64,000 bases of DNA, from the NCBI GenBank assembly GCA_048941285.1, contig JBHLNS010000005.1, forward strand, positions 32,001 through 96,000, given 5' to 3'. A model generated the notes under the pieces. That model was not told the DNA's origin, searched no databases, and saw only the letters and a list, made by a program, of their open reading frames with translations. How positions within the stretch are numbered: the stretch's first letter is position 1; each line of letters starts with the position of its first letter. This DNA comes from Promethearchaeota archaeon (GTDB taxonomy: Archaea > Asgardarchaeota > Lokiarchaeia > Sigyniarchaeales > SOKP01). This document shows positions 21,703-31,716 of this stretch, piece by piece. The translations under genes and the position numbers were made by a program.

Positions 21703-22890
21703 TCATAAGAAATCTAAATCCTCTTGAGGTCTTTTAAATTTTTTAGCATTTTGATGTATCATAAATACAGAAACTCCAATGATGGTGATACTTATAATGA
21801 GAATAATTGAAAAGTAATTCAATGATGGCGCAAGTGTACAATCATTATCGTGAATTACGTTTCCTTGGCAATCTATTTCAATGATGCATTCATCATTTCC
21901 TATTACTTTATTTCCTGAAACGACGTTATTATAGCTATTATAAAGAATTATCCCCCACCGGTTATAATTTACAGTGTTTACTAAAATTGTGTTATAATTG
22001 CTATGGAAAAGGACTATCCCACATTCTCCATTATAAGTTGCTGTGTTTCCCGAGATGATATTATAACTACTATCTATTAGGCATATACCACTGAAATTAT
22101 TGTTATTCATAATATTTCCCGAGATGGTATTGTTAAAACTTTCATCCATCCATAATCCTTGCATGTTATTATCGCTAATAATGTTTCCCGAGACGATAAG
22201 GTTATTATAACCACCACCTATATTTATCCCACACATTTTATTATGTTTCATAGTGTTTCCCGAGACGATGGTGTAATTACTGGCTATTAAATAGATCCCA
22301 CTCCATGTATTGTTATTTGCAGTGTTACCCGAGAGGGTATTATTATAGCTATCTAATAAATATATCCCACCCCTATTGTTATTTACGATATTTCCAGTTA
22401 TTGTGTTGTTATTACAACCCCCACTATAATCCCTAACATCACCTAATACTATCCCCAACTGACTATATGAACAATCATTACCAATCAATTGGGAATTATT
22501 AACATTCAGTAGTCGGATTCCAGCATCTGCTCCCCATTCCACATTGTAGATGGAACAATTTTCGATTTTAAAATACACATTGGAATTTTCAATCGATATA
22601 CCATATCCAGAACATCCACCATCTATTATCAAATCTTCTATAATATAAGGATCTGAATAAGTACCACTTCCTGTGCAATTTCCCGCATATCTAAAATCAA
22701 CCCACCCAGAATTATTTATTATACGAATTTTTCCCGATAATGTTGCGATTTTTAGTTTTTTAACATCAAAATTAATTACATTATTGGTTCCCTTATTCAG
22801 ACTTGAGTAAATGGTCATCATTGGGTCTAGAACGAAAAGGATTCCTAAAGTGATTAAAATTATTATTTGTAATTTTACATTTGATTTAAT
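21703..22890 (-). CDS. secreted NosD/CASH right-handed beta-helix protein with C-terminal TM anchor; probable ATT start
   Basis: Tandem ISGNxxxNNxxGIxL repeats. In-frame upstream extension (I)KSNVKLQIIILITLGILF looks like a signal peptide and is preceded by a GGTGA SD. Confidence 0.8.
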   Translation of the reverse strand: MKSNVKLQIIILITLGILFVLDPMMTIYSSLNKGTNNVINFDVKKLKIATLSGKIRIINNSGWVDFRYAGNCTGSGTYSDPYIIEDLIIDGGCSGYGISIENSNVYFKIENCSIYNVEWGADAGIRLLNVNNSQLIGNDCSYSQLGIVLGDVRDYSGGCNNNTITGNIVNNNRGGIYLLDSYNNTLSGNTANNNTWSGIYLIASNYTIVSGNTMKHNKMCGINIGGGYNNLIVSGNIISDNNMQGLWMDESFNNTISGNIMNNNNFSGICLIDSSYNIISGNTATYNGECGIVLFHSNYNTILVNTVNYNRWGIILYNSYNNVVSGNKVIGNDECIIEIDCQGNVIHDNDCTLAPSLNYFSIILIISITIIGVSVFMIHQNAKKFKRPQEDLDFL

Positions 22891-22993
22891 ATTGGTTTCA
22901 CCATTATAGGCAAAATTTAAAATTTGATTTGTAATACATATTTGTCAAATAATCAATTATTTCGATATCTTAAATAAGTATTTTTTGAACACT

Positions 22994-23013
22994 TTGTTCA
23001 GAGATCTGAACAA
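22994..23013. promoter_or_regulatory. perfect 9-bp inverted repeat, candidate operator
   Basis: TTGTTCAGA-GA-TCTGAACAA, about 100 bp upstream of the NosD/wHTH gene pair. Confidence 0.5.
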
Positions 23014-23071
23014 TTCAAAATTATCTTATGATTTTTTATAAGAGCGGGTGCTTTCAAGCAAAGAAAGTTAA

Positions 23072-23344
23072 ATTCCTTTTTCCTCAATAAAACTACAAGA
23101 AGAAAAATACCATAGAGTATACGAAGACCTAGTAGACCAGCAGGAAAGTGACAGAGTAAAATCGGAATTGTGTTATAAAATCAATTTTACCCTAATTTTT
23201 GTTCCATATACGATAGATTATGATGAGTTTTAGAATTATATCGTGGAAGAGTATGAAAAGTTTACAGGGAAGGAAATAAGAATCAGCCATAAATATGATT
23301 GGAAAACATTTAAGAAAGAAAACTTAGGTTTATCTGAGTTCTGA
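23072..23344 (+). pseudogene. decayed gene fragment (possible C-terminus of a nuclease-like protein) with internal stop
   Basis: Protein-like frame YHRVYEDLVDQQESDRVKSELCYKINFTLIFVPYTIDYDEF*NYIVEEYEKFTG, with TAG at 23231 and no start codon. Confidence 0.45.
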
Positions 23345-23362
23345 TAGTATTTCTTATAAATC

Positions 23363-24142
23363 CTAAACAATAGAAGAAAATAATTGCTTTGCAGTTTTAT
23401 ATGCTTTAGTCTCTGTAGGTAGTTGCAGCAAATTTTCCCCCACAATATTCATTCTACTAATTTCATCACTGTTATCAATAAACCCAAGAAGCTTTACATG
23501 ATCTTCTTTGATTGATAAAACTTCTTTTTGTAAAATGTCTCTTATGGAATTTTCTGGGAACCTGTTACCGAGTATCCAGATATTTTCAAATTGTAAATCA
23601 ACTTCTTTAGTTATTTCTAATATGCGTTTCATAGTATGTATGCCCATCTTACTCGGATCAGATACTATTACTAAATCCGTTACCTTTTGGCCCGTTTTCC
23701 GAGAAAAATATTCAAGCCCCGCTGGAGCATCAATGAGAACGAAGTTATAGTTTTTCGCTAATATGTCAATAATATGTTTCAAATAATTGTTAATACTGCA
23801 ATAGCATCCCTCTCCTTCCGCTCGACCCATTTCTAAAATATCAAAGTGATCCATTTCGATTAATGAATCAAAAACCTCGGATTCAACGATTTGATCCTTA
23901 GATACGTCGAGAGGTATTAATCTTTTTTGGATTTTATGCTTAAACTCAGCCATTTTTCCGCCAATGGTTTCTTTAAAGTGGATTTCTTTGCCGATTATAT
24001 CCCCAATATTCGCATCAGGATCGGCATCTATTACGAGAATGTCGAGATTTTTTGATTTTTCAAGGAGATATTTCAGCATTAAGACGAGGAGTGTAGATTT
24101 CCCTACCCCACCTTTACCAGAAAAAGATATTATTTTTTTCAT
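23363..24142 (-). CDS. cooC: CooC/AcsF family CO-dehydrogenase nickel-insertion ATPase
   Basis: GKGGVGKS, DADPDAN, GEGCYC, DAPAGLE motifs. Confidence 0.85.
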   Translation of the reverse strand: MKKIISFSGKGGVGKSTLLVLMLKYLLEKSKNLDILVIDADPDANIGDIIGKEIHFKETIGGKMAEFKHKIQKRLIPLDVSKDQIVESEVFDSLIEMDHFDILEMGRAEGEGCYCSINNYLKHIIDILAKNYNFVLIDAPAGLEYFSRKTGQKVTDLVIVSDPSKMGIHTMKRILEITKEVDLQFENIWILGNRFPENSIRDILQKEVLSIKEDHVKLLGFIDNSDEISRMNIVGENLLQLPTETKAYKTAKQLFSSIV

Positions 24143-24299
24143 TAGAATAGATTTAAATTAATGTTTTATCCTCAAGTAATGAAAATTGAATTAAGAATAA
24201 AAATTTATTATAAATAATTCAAAAGGCAAAGGAGGTTTCTTTTAAAATGTTGAAATCTTATTGCGAAAGAAATTAATATTTAATAATCTATTAAAAGTA

Positions 24300-24380
24300 A
24301 TGGTGAATTCTATCAAGATTAAGGGACTGATTAAATCATATAAAAGGGGGAAAATAAATGGAGAAAACCAATCTTATTAA
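24300..24380 (+). pseudogene. short ORF resembling the N-terminus of an ABC ATP-binding protein (remnant)
   Basis: MVNSIKIKGLIKSYKRGKI then stop after 26 codons. Confidence 0.3.
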
Positions 24381-24420
24381 AATTAAATCTTCAAGATCTC
24401 ATGGAATTTAGAAAATAAAA

Positions 24421-24888
24421 GTGATAATTTTGAAAGAGGAATATATAACAAAATTAAAGAGATTCATTCCTTTTCTAATTTTAGACAGTTTGATTGCGAC
24501 TGGAAGTTTTTTGATGGCTTTTTTTGTAATTATAAATAAAATCTATATAATTAACATAATATTCATTGTTATTTTTATCGCTTCTTCTTTTGGTTTCGGA
24601 TTGATTATTACCGCTGATGCTGTTATTATTAAAGGAAAAATAGGAAATTGGTATAAAAATGTGCTTTTTGGTTTCATGTTAATTGGTGGAATCTTCTTTT
24701 TTGTTTTGCTTTTAGAAATTTTCGCGCCAAATTTTATATTTGAATTTCCATATGGAGGGGCCTTCTCTCTAGAATACATATATTTTGATTTCATGGGATT
24801 TATCTCTGTTTTGATAGTATTTGGAGTAGGAACTTTATCAATTTGTTTAGGTAAACTTATACAAATGAAATTTATTAAAAAAAATTGA
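24421..24888 (+). CDS. hypothetical 4-TM membrane protein
   Basis: Hydrophobic ORF. Confidence 0.6.
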   Translation: MIILKEEYITKLKRFIPFLILDSLIATGSFLMAFFVIINKIYIINIIFIVIFIASSFGFGLIITADAVIIKGKIGNWYKNVLFGFMLIGGIFFFVLLLEIFAPNFIFEFPYGGAFSLEYIYFDFMGFISVLIVFGVGTLSICLGKLIQMKFIKKN

Positions 24889-25054
24889 TTTTTTAAAAAA
24901 TTGATAAATAAAAGAACAATTAAAGAAAGAAATTACATCTATGAGGAATTTTCTATAAATATTTCTTATAAAAAAGTTCTAAGAGCACTCATCCTACCTA
25001 AGAGAGAGAATAATTAATAGACTTTAATTAGGTAAATATTTTAATTCGATATAA

Positions 25055-25864
25055 TTATTGGTCTTGCCGATATACAGGAACAATATTAGAAGTAAATTCG
25101 TCTAACGTATATGGAAATTCTTCTTCGCTCGATATTTTACCCAGATCTAACATTATCTGTCTTGCTAAAAGCCAAAATGCTAAACCTAATGCTTTTTTGC
25201 CTCGATTATTTGCTGGAACTGCAAGATCAATTCCATCAAGTGTATCATCAGTATCAAATAAAGACACAACAGGGATTCGAGCTAATTTCGCTTCTCGTAA
25301 AATGACTTTATCAGCATGAGGATCTACAATTAAAACTACACTTGCATCTTTAATATAAGTATCAATTATAGGATTTGTAAGGGAGCCCGGTATAAATCTC
25401 GAAGTGACTGCTCTACATCCTAATACTTCACAAAATTTTTTTACAGGTTCTTTCCCATATCGTCGAACCGAAGTAACAATGACTCTATCACTTCCTTCTT
25501 CAACATATTTACTCAAAAATTTTGCTGCAATCTTAAGTCGATCATCTGTTTGAGTTAAATCAATAACGTATAGTCCATAATTGGTTTGTCTATAAATAAA
25601 TCGTCTTGCATCACCAGTTAATAATTTTGTGCCTATATGAATACCACAGCTTAAGTAAAGTTGTTTTCTTTCTTCATCTTTATCAATTAATTTATCCTTT
25701 AATTCAAGCCCCGCTTCAATATCTTCTGTATCTAATAGGTCAAGTTCTTCTTCCAAATCAAGATCTTCTTCAAAATCAATATCAAGATCTTCGGGAAAGT
25801 CCTCTAAATCCTCGAGTTTTTTGTTGTCTTCCGCTTCTTCGGTCTTCTTTTTCTTTCGAGCCAA
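25055..25864 (-). CDS. rps2: 30S ribosomal protein S2 (uS2) with acidic N-terminal extension
   Basis: GIHIGT, RFIPGSLTNP, DTD, PANNRG motifs. Confidence 0.95.
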   Translation of the reverse strand: MARKKKKTEEAEDNKKLEDLEDFPEDLDIDFEEDLDLEEELDLLDTEDIEAGLELKDKLIDKDEERKQLYLSCGIHIGTKLLTGDARRFIYRQTNYGLYVIDLTQTDDRLKIAAKFLSKYVEEGSDRVIVTSVRRYGKEPVKKFCEVLGCRAVTSRFIPGSLTNPIIDTYIKDASVVLIVDPHADKVILREAKLARIPVVSLFDTDDTLDGIDLAVPANNRGKKALGLAFWLLARQIMLDLGKISSEEEFPYTLDEFTSNIVPVYRQDQ

Positions 25865-26088
25865 TATTGTAGCCTTATTTTTTATTCTGACGTAGATATA
25901 ATTAAAATATTTTAGAATTCAAAGAATTCAAGAATATAATATTGAATACATGATAACTTTAATATTTTATTGAGTGGATTTTTGTAAAACCTTAAGAACT
26001 AAAGTATTAATATAGCAAAATAATTTTTATTATTAATAAAAAGCGTAGACTATAATTATTAAATATTAATTATAAAGTGGCTTAGATA

Positions 26089-26577
26089 ATGGCTTCTTAT
26101 CGATTAGTTATTAGCATTATTGTAGGGGTTATATTAAGTTTTTTTACTGTATTTTTCTTTAATATGATGGTTATTTTAAATCAAATTGAATTAGAGGCTG
26201 GAAGTAATTTACTAAGAATAGCTTCTTTACTAGTTGGTGCAAATTTCGATTTTGATATGATTTCGTTTATTATTGGTTCGCCTTCAGTACTTGGTTTTTT
26301 TGCCCCAGAGATCTTAGCTTGGGTTTTTATTAGCTATATTTCTGGTACAATAGCAAAGGGTTTCAGAAGAGGTGTAATCGCCAGTATACTAGTTGTTGTA
26401 ATAGTTTTATTAATTTGGATTCTATTAAGCATATTTTCTGGAGAGGATTTAATGGCGTTATTTCAAGGAAATCAATTAATTGAGACATTAGGGGGTATAA
26501 TTAGTGCATTTGTAGGGGGATTGATAGGTGGAACAATTGGTGGCCTAATAAGTGGCCCTTATGAGGAATTCTATTAA
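26089..26577 (+). CDS. hypothetical membrane protein (Gly-rich TM helices)
   Basis: Four TM segments, GxxGGxIGG repeat. Confidence 0.65.
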   Translation: MASYRLVISIIVGVILSFFTVFFFNMMVILNQIELEAGSNLLRIASLLVGANFDFDMISFIIGSPSVLGFFAPEILAWVFISYISGTIAKGFRRGVIASILVVVIVLLIWILLSIFSGEDLMALFQGNQLIETLGGIISAFVGGLIGGTIGGLISGPYEEFY

Positions 26578-26709
26578 TATACTTCCTTCTTTTCTTTTCA
26601 ATTTATATTTTTTTAGCCTTAATTATTGTAGAGCTCTCGATAAGATTTGCTTTACAATAATTATACTAATATCTAAAACTTAAAGTTAATTGGTTAATTA
26701 TAAAAACTA

Positions 26710-27246
26710 ATGGCTAATAAAGAAGAATTTTTACCCGATCGAGAGTTTGCATTAGATCTATTAAAGAAAATGAAAATTCCGCTTTCGATTAGACGGCATT
26801 CAGAAAAAGTTGCTGAAAAAGCTCTAGAGATAGCACATAAAATAAAAAAAGCTAAAGTAGATATGAATTTAATTGAAATCGGTGCTTTATTGCATGATAT
26901 TGGACGAACTAGAACACATGATTTTAAACATGCATTAATAGGAGGTAAAATCTTAAAACAAAGAGGTTTTTCAGATAAGCTTGCTAGAATATGTGAAACC
27001 CATATATTGGGTGGTTTAGATAATGAAGATGCAAAAAAAGTTGGTCTACCTGAAAAGGATTATTTGCCATTAACTTTAGAAGAAAAAATTATTTGTCTAG
27101 CAGATAAATGTATGGCTGGTACAAGAGAAGTTTCAATTCAAGAAAGATTTAATAGATGGTTTCGTAAATATGGTAAGAGTAAAATCTTATTAAAATCTAA
27201 GATAAGAATTGAAAGAATTCAAAAAGAAATCGAAGACTTAATGTAA
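26710..27246 (+). CDS. HD-domain (HDIG) phosphohydrolase
   Basis: H...ALLHDIGR...H...ETH...LADK. Confidence 0.88.
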   Translation: MANKEEFLPDREFALDLLKKMKIPLSIRRHSEKVAEKALEIAHKIKKAKVDMNLIEIGALLHDIGRTRTHDFKHALIGGKILKQRGFSDKLARICETHILGGLDNEDAKKVGLPEKDYLPLTLEEKIICLADKCMAGTREVSIQERFNRWFRKYGKSKILLKSKIRIERIQKEIEDLM

Positions 27247-27274
27247 AATCTAAGATTAATATATCCTTGATTAA

Positions 27275-28564
27275 TTAACTAATCTCACAAATTAGTTCTT
27301 GATTTTTACATAATATTTCATAATCCGTATCCAAGGAAACTACGACCCTGTAAATTATTAAACAAGCTTCTAAAAGTACTTGAGGATCAACTTTATCAGG
27401 TTTATCAATCTTATTATGTGAAAATTTAGCTCCTGCTCTTGTTACAATATCAACAGAATCATAACCCCTTAAATGAAATGGAACAGAGTCAGTATGAGCT
27501 CCCGTTGATAAATGAAATCCTTTGATTTTCACATTTTCTTCAATTGCAGCCTTTTCTAAGTATTTACTAAGGAGTGGAGCAATTTTTTTCCGAGGTAGAA
27601 TCCCATATGATTTTAGATATTCTACCTGATTTCTAGATTGATTTTTACAGGAAATCATATCTAAATTAATTTGAAATACTCTACCCTTGATAAATTCTTG
27701 TTCATGATCATTTACAAAGAATCTAGAACCCATTGTTCCTAATTCTTCAGCTGAAAATTGACAGATCCAGACATTAAAGTTATCAAGCGGCTTTTTTCTT
27801 AAGATTTCACTTAATTCAAAAACTATGGACATACCAGAAGCATTATCTAACGCTCCCGGAGAAAAATTATGAGTATTTAAAAATATTAGAAATAAATTTG
27901 AAATTGATATTATTATAGTAAAAATCCATATACCAAGCCCTAATATCAAGAGATCGATGTTTATTATAGTATAAGTATGAATAAATAGAGTAATCAAAAG
28001 CCCTGCTAAAAAAACTCCACTATATAGCCACATTTTATAAAAGAACACTCTCCAATAAGTTTTAAAAGTTTGTGATTTAGAATCTAAATGTGCTGAAATT
28101 ATAATATTTCCTGCATTATCAGTCTTTAGTTTCTTTGCGGGTATCTTAACACAGACATTGGTAGCTGAAATAACCTTTCCATAATATTCTCCCCAAAAAC
28201 CAGGAATTTCAGGATGTTTTAGCCCCTTAACTAATAAAAAAATGAAGATAAGCATTATTATACCTATAAAGATCGTAAGAAATAAATTTATATACACAAA
28301 CATCAAGATAAATAAGGAAAAAGTTAAGTTAATGACCATTATTAACTTTATAAGAGTGGTAGAATAAAAATCAGAAAATTTAAAAGGTTGTTTTACAATT
28401 TGTTGCTCATTGAAACCAAGATCTTTAAACGTTTTTATAGTTAAATCAACAGCTTTTTCTTCTCCACTTGTCCCAACTAGGCGAGGAAAGCTAAAATTTT
28501 TGACATAATTATACAGTCTATCAACATTAAAAGAGTGATCTTGTGGGGAAATTTCAGTTCTCAA
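27275..28564 (-). CDS. membrane-embedded M28 family peptidase
   Basis: SAHLDSK, GALDNASG, AEELG, HTDS motifs. Confidence 0.82.
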   Translation of the reverse strand: MRTEISPQDHSFNVDRLYNYVKNFSFPRLVGTSGEEKAVDLTIKTFKDLGFNEQQIVKQPFKFSDFYSTTLIKLIMVINLTFSLFILMFVYINLFLTIFIGIIMLIFIFLLVKGLKHPEIPGFWGEYYGKVISATNVCVKIPAKKLKTDNAGNIIISAHLDSKSQTFKTYWRVFFYKMWLYSGVFLAGLLITLFIHTYTIINIDLLILGLGIWIFTIIISISNLFLIFLNTHNFSPGALDNASGMSIVFELSEILRKKPLDNFNVWICQFSAEELGTMGSRFFVNDHEQEFIKGRVFQINLDMISCKNQSRNQVEYLKSYGILPRKKIAPLLSKYLEKAAIEENVKIKGFHLSTGAHTDSVPFHLRGYDSVDIVTRAGAKFSHNKIDKPDKVDPQVLLEACLIIYRVVVSLDTDYEILCKNQELICEIS

Positions 28565-28661
28565 TGTTGTAATAAAAAATATATGATTTCTGTTTAAATT
28601 TACTATATTTCAGTTATAGAATTAGTAATATAATGTTTTAAGATTTAAATCTATAATTAAC

Positions 28662-29261
28662 CTATTTTTTTAATTTGGACATAATAATTTCTTGAATTCT
28701 CTCTTGAACAATTTCAATAATATCATCAGAGTTAATTATATAATAACCTTCTTCTTCAGCACGTTTAAGATAAAGATTCCTTACTTTATCTAAGAATGTA
28801 ATATGCTCAAATTTTTCTAAATTTTCATTCTTTTTTCTAGCCAGCGCGATTTTTGGGTCAATGTCTAATATAATTGTTATATCAGGCAATTCTACAAACT
28901 TATTTATTTCTTTAACCCATTCAACTGAAATATCCTCTGATTGGGCTGATTGATATACTATTGAAGATTCTATGTATCTATCAGAAATAACTATAAAACC
29001 TTCCTCAAGTTTTTTTTTAATTTCATTGTTATAATGGAGGTTTCTATCAGCAGCGAATAATAAAGCATCTGTACTAGGTGGAATATCTTTATTTTTTAAA
29101 AACTCTCTTATGAGTTTTCCAATTTTGCTTTGTGAAGGTTCTTGAGTTAAATAGACTTTGAAACTTTTGCTTTCTAGAAAATCTTTAAGAAGAAGGCTAT
29201 GAGTTGTTGTCCCTGCCGCATCTCCGCCTTCCAAAACAATAAAAAAAGGTTTTTGCATCAA
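28662..29261 (-). CDS. tmk: thymidylate kinase
   Basis: EGGDAAGTTT P-loop variant, LFAADR, SDRY, PD motifs. Confidence 0.9.
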   Translation of the reverse strand: MMQKPFFIVLEGGDAAGTTTHSLLLKDFLESKSFKVYLTQEPSQSKIGKLIREFLKNKDIPPSTDALLFAADRNLHYNNEIKKKLEEGFIVISDRYIESSIVYQSAQSEDISVEWVKEINKFVELPDITIILDIDPKIALARKKNENLEKFEHITFLDKVRNLYLKRAEEEGYYIINSDDIIEIVQERIQEIIMSKLKK

Positions 29262-29470
29262 ATTAATCTTAAAATAAGATTTTTTATTAAAAAAATTACA
29301 ACTTAAATTTATTAATAATTATCAATAAGGACTTATTTTTTTTATTTTTAATTAGTTTAAGTTATTAAATTTTTAACAAAATAAAGTAAAATGCAATATA
29401 TTTATAAAAAATGATAAATACTTATCAGAAAATTTAAATTGACTAAATTATCTTATTTAAAATTAGAGGT

Positions 29471-29848
29471 ATGAAGAAAAAATTCTTTTACTGTGAGAAT
29501 TGCGAAAAGGAAATATTAAAGCCAAAGAGAAAGCCTATAGATAGTATGTATTATAACGTTTGGATTCTTACTATCATTTCTTCATTAGGTTTTGCATTAA
29601 TTCCTTTTTTGATTTACCATTATTTAATCTTAAAAAGGAATCTTTGTCCTATTTGTCAACATAGATTAGAATTTTATAATTCCCGAGAGGAATTTCCAGA
29701 ACCAAGAGCCCAAATAGCCCGAATCCTTCAATCAATTGAAGATGAGAAAGCTCGAGAAGAATTAAGAATAATTTGCCCTTATTGTCGAGAAGATGTAAAT
29801 ACCCAAGAATCTATATGCCCTAATTGTGGATCTACTATCAAAGAATAG
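29471..29848 (+). CDS. small zinc-ribbon membrane protein (CxxC-hydrophobic-CxxC plus C-terminal ribbon)
   Basis: CENC...hydrophobic segment...CPIC, then CPYC/CPNC. Confidence 0.7.
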   Translation: MKKKFFYCENCEKEILKPKRKPIDSMYYNVWILTIISSLGFALIPFLIYHYLILKRNLCPICQHRLEFYNSREEFPEPRAQIARILQSIEDEKAREELRIICPYCREDVNTQESICPNCGSTIKE

Positions 29849-29908
29849 AAAGATATAATAATTAATTTTAATTATTAATAGAAATAAATTAAGCTGTAGG
29901 AAATTTAA

Positions 29909-30277
29909 ATGAATGATACTGCCTATTGCCCACGTTGTCAACAAAAAGTATTATTAACTCGTGAAAGGATTGACACTTGTCTAGCAATAATATTGTTAAT
30001 TTTTACAGGAGGAATTGGGTTGATAATATATCTCGCTCTTCACTATAATAAACCTAAACAACACTGTGTTCATTGTGGGACTAAAATAACTACATTACAA
30101 ACTTCAACGCCCTATGCTTATAATTCTCACCTTATGACACAAAATGCTTCAAATATTGCACCAATAAATACAACCGAAGAAGTAATGGGAATTATGCCTA
30201 ATTATTGCGCATTTTGTGGGGAAAAAATAGAAGCTGGTACAAAATTTTGTCAGAACTGTGGAATTAAGGTAATTTAA
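29909..30277 (+). CDS. small LITAF-like zinc-ribbon membrane protein
   Basis: CPRC...LAIILLIFTGGIGLIIY...HCVHCG, then CAFC/CQNC. Confidence 0.72.
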   Translation: MNDTAYCPRCQQKVLLTRERIDTCLAIILLIFTGGIGLIIYLALHYNKPKQHCVHCGTKITTLQTSTPYAYNSHLMTQNASNIAPINTTEEVMGIMPNYCAFCGEKIEAGTKFCQNCGIKVI

Positions 30278-30399
30278 TTGCAAACTTTTTTTTTTCAATT
30301 TACCGAAATAGCACTAAAATTCATCGATTTTAAAAATCGGACTCCACATTTTTTTAATTCATGTAAAATCTTCTTATATTTAAATAAAAATTAAATAAT

Positions 30400-30783
30400 T
30401 TGGAGTGTAATAAAATGTATTGTCCTACATGTAATATGAATGTGTATACGAAACCTAACGATTTCAATATTGGTTTAGCAATTATTCTAGCTATTTTCAC
30501 TGGTGGTATCGGATTATTAATTTATGTTGCTATTTATTTAGATAAATCACAAAAACCACGTTGCATTCACTGTAATTCAATTTGTTATAGTCAGAAGGAA
30601 GATAAGGAATCTATTTCAAAATATCAAATAATTGATGCTATAAATCAACCACAGAGTAAAGAAATTAGTAGAAAACAACAACAGATTGAAGAAAAGCCAC
30701 TATTTTGTTTTAATTGTGGATCTGAATTAGATAATAGTGCAAATGCTAAATTTTGCGCACTTTGTGGAACTTCAATTCAATAA
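30400..30783 (+). CDS. small LITAF-like zinc-ribbon membrane protein (paralog of 29909..30277)
   Basis: CPTC...LAIILAIFTGGIGLLIY...CIHC, then CFNC/CALC. Confidence 0.72.
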   Translation: MECNKMYCPTCNMNVYTKPNDFNIGLAIILAIFTGGIGLLIYVAIYLDKSQKPRCIHCNSICYSQKEDKESISKYQIIDAINQPQSKEISRKQQQIEEKPLFCFNCGSELDNSANAKFCALCGTSIQ

Positions 30784-30814
30784 TATATTAATTGCTTTTA
30801 TTTTTTTTAAAAAA

Positions 30815-31690
30815 CTAATATTTTTTCTTACTTAGAAATTCGATAATTTTGTTCTTCATTAAATTCACATTTGGTTTTTTATTAGTCCACCACTCAAATG
30901 CATAAGCACCTTGATTAACTAGCATATCTAGTCCACCTAATGTTTTACATCCTTTTTTAGTGGCATCTTTAATTAATTTAGTCTCTAGTGGGTTATAGAC
31001 TACATCAAAAACGAATAAGTCTTCGTGCAAAAATTCTCCAGGTATTGGTGATTTATCAATATTGGGAAACATACCTATAGGAGTTGTATTGATTAACATA
31101 TCAGCTTTCTTTGATTCTTCTTTTAAGATGTTTTTACTAAATATCTTCGGCTCAGCTTTTATTCCAAAGCTTTGTTTCAAATCATTTATAAGCTTTTCTG
31201 CTTTTTTTTCAGTTCTACTTGCTAGTACAATTTTACTTGCATCATTAGCGATGCTGTAACTTAATGCTCTTGCTGCGCCACCAGCTCCTAATAATAAGAC
31301 ATTCTTTCCAGAAATGTCATAACCTGCATTCATTATTGCTTTTTTCGCCCCTTCTGCATCTGTATTTCTACCAATTAAGCATCCATTATCATTTTTTATA
31401 GTATTTATTGCGCCGATTTTCTGTGCAACTTTGTCAATTTCATCTAAGTATTTCATAATTTCTTGCTTGAAAGGGATAGTTACATTGATTCCTTTAAAAT
31501 TTAATGCTCTAAATGCTTTTACTGCAACTTCCAAATTTTCAGGAATGATTTTGAATGCTAAATAAATAAAATTAAGCTTTAAGTCTTTGATAGCAGCATT
31601 GTGCATTATTGGACTTACAGAATGCCCAATAGGATAACCAATAATACATAAGATTTTTGTATGAGCGGTGACAAAATTGATATTATTCAT
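30815..31690 (-). CDS. aroE: shikimate dehydrogenase
   Basis: HSVSPIMHN, NVTIPFK, NTD, GAGGAA, DVVYNP motifs. Confidence 0.93.
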   Translation of the reverse strand: MNNINFVTAHTKILCIIGYPIGHSVSPIMHNAAIKDLKLNFIYLAFKIIPENLEVAVKAFRALNFKGINVTIPFKQEIMKYLDEIDKVAQKIGAINTIKNDNGCLIGRNTDAEGAKKAIMNAGYDISGKNVLLLGAGGAARALSYSIANDASKIVLASRTEKKAEKLINDLKQSFGIKAEPKIFSKNILKEESKKADMLINTTPIGMFPNIDKSPIPGEFLHEDLFVFDVVYNPLETKLIKDATKKGCKTLGGLDMLVNQGAYAFEWWTNKKPNVNLMKNKIIEFLSKKKY

Positions 31691-31716
31691 TTTAGCAAAT
31701 AAGATTTTTATTTGTC

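Noticed and set aside
21900-22420. CRISPR-like periodic repeats (TTTCCCGAGA...)
   Set aside because: They are codons of the NosD beta-helix ISGN repeats inside a CDS, degenerate, and no cas genes are present.
30325-30339. Palindrome CGATTTT-A-AAAATCG upstream of the third LITAF-like gene
   Set aside because: AT-rich and not seen upstream of the two paralogs.
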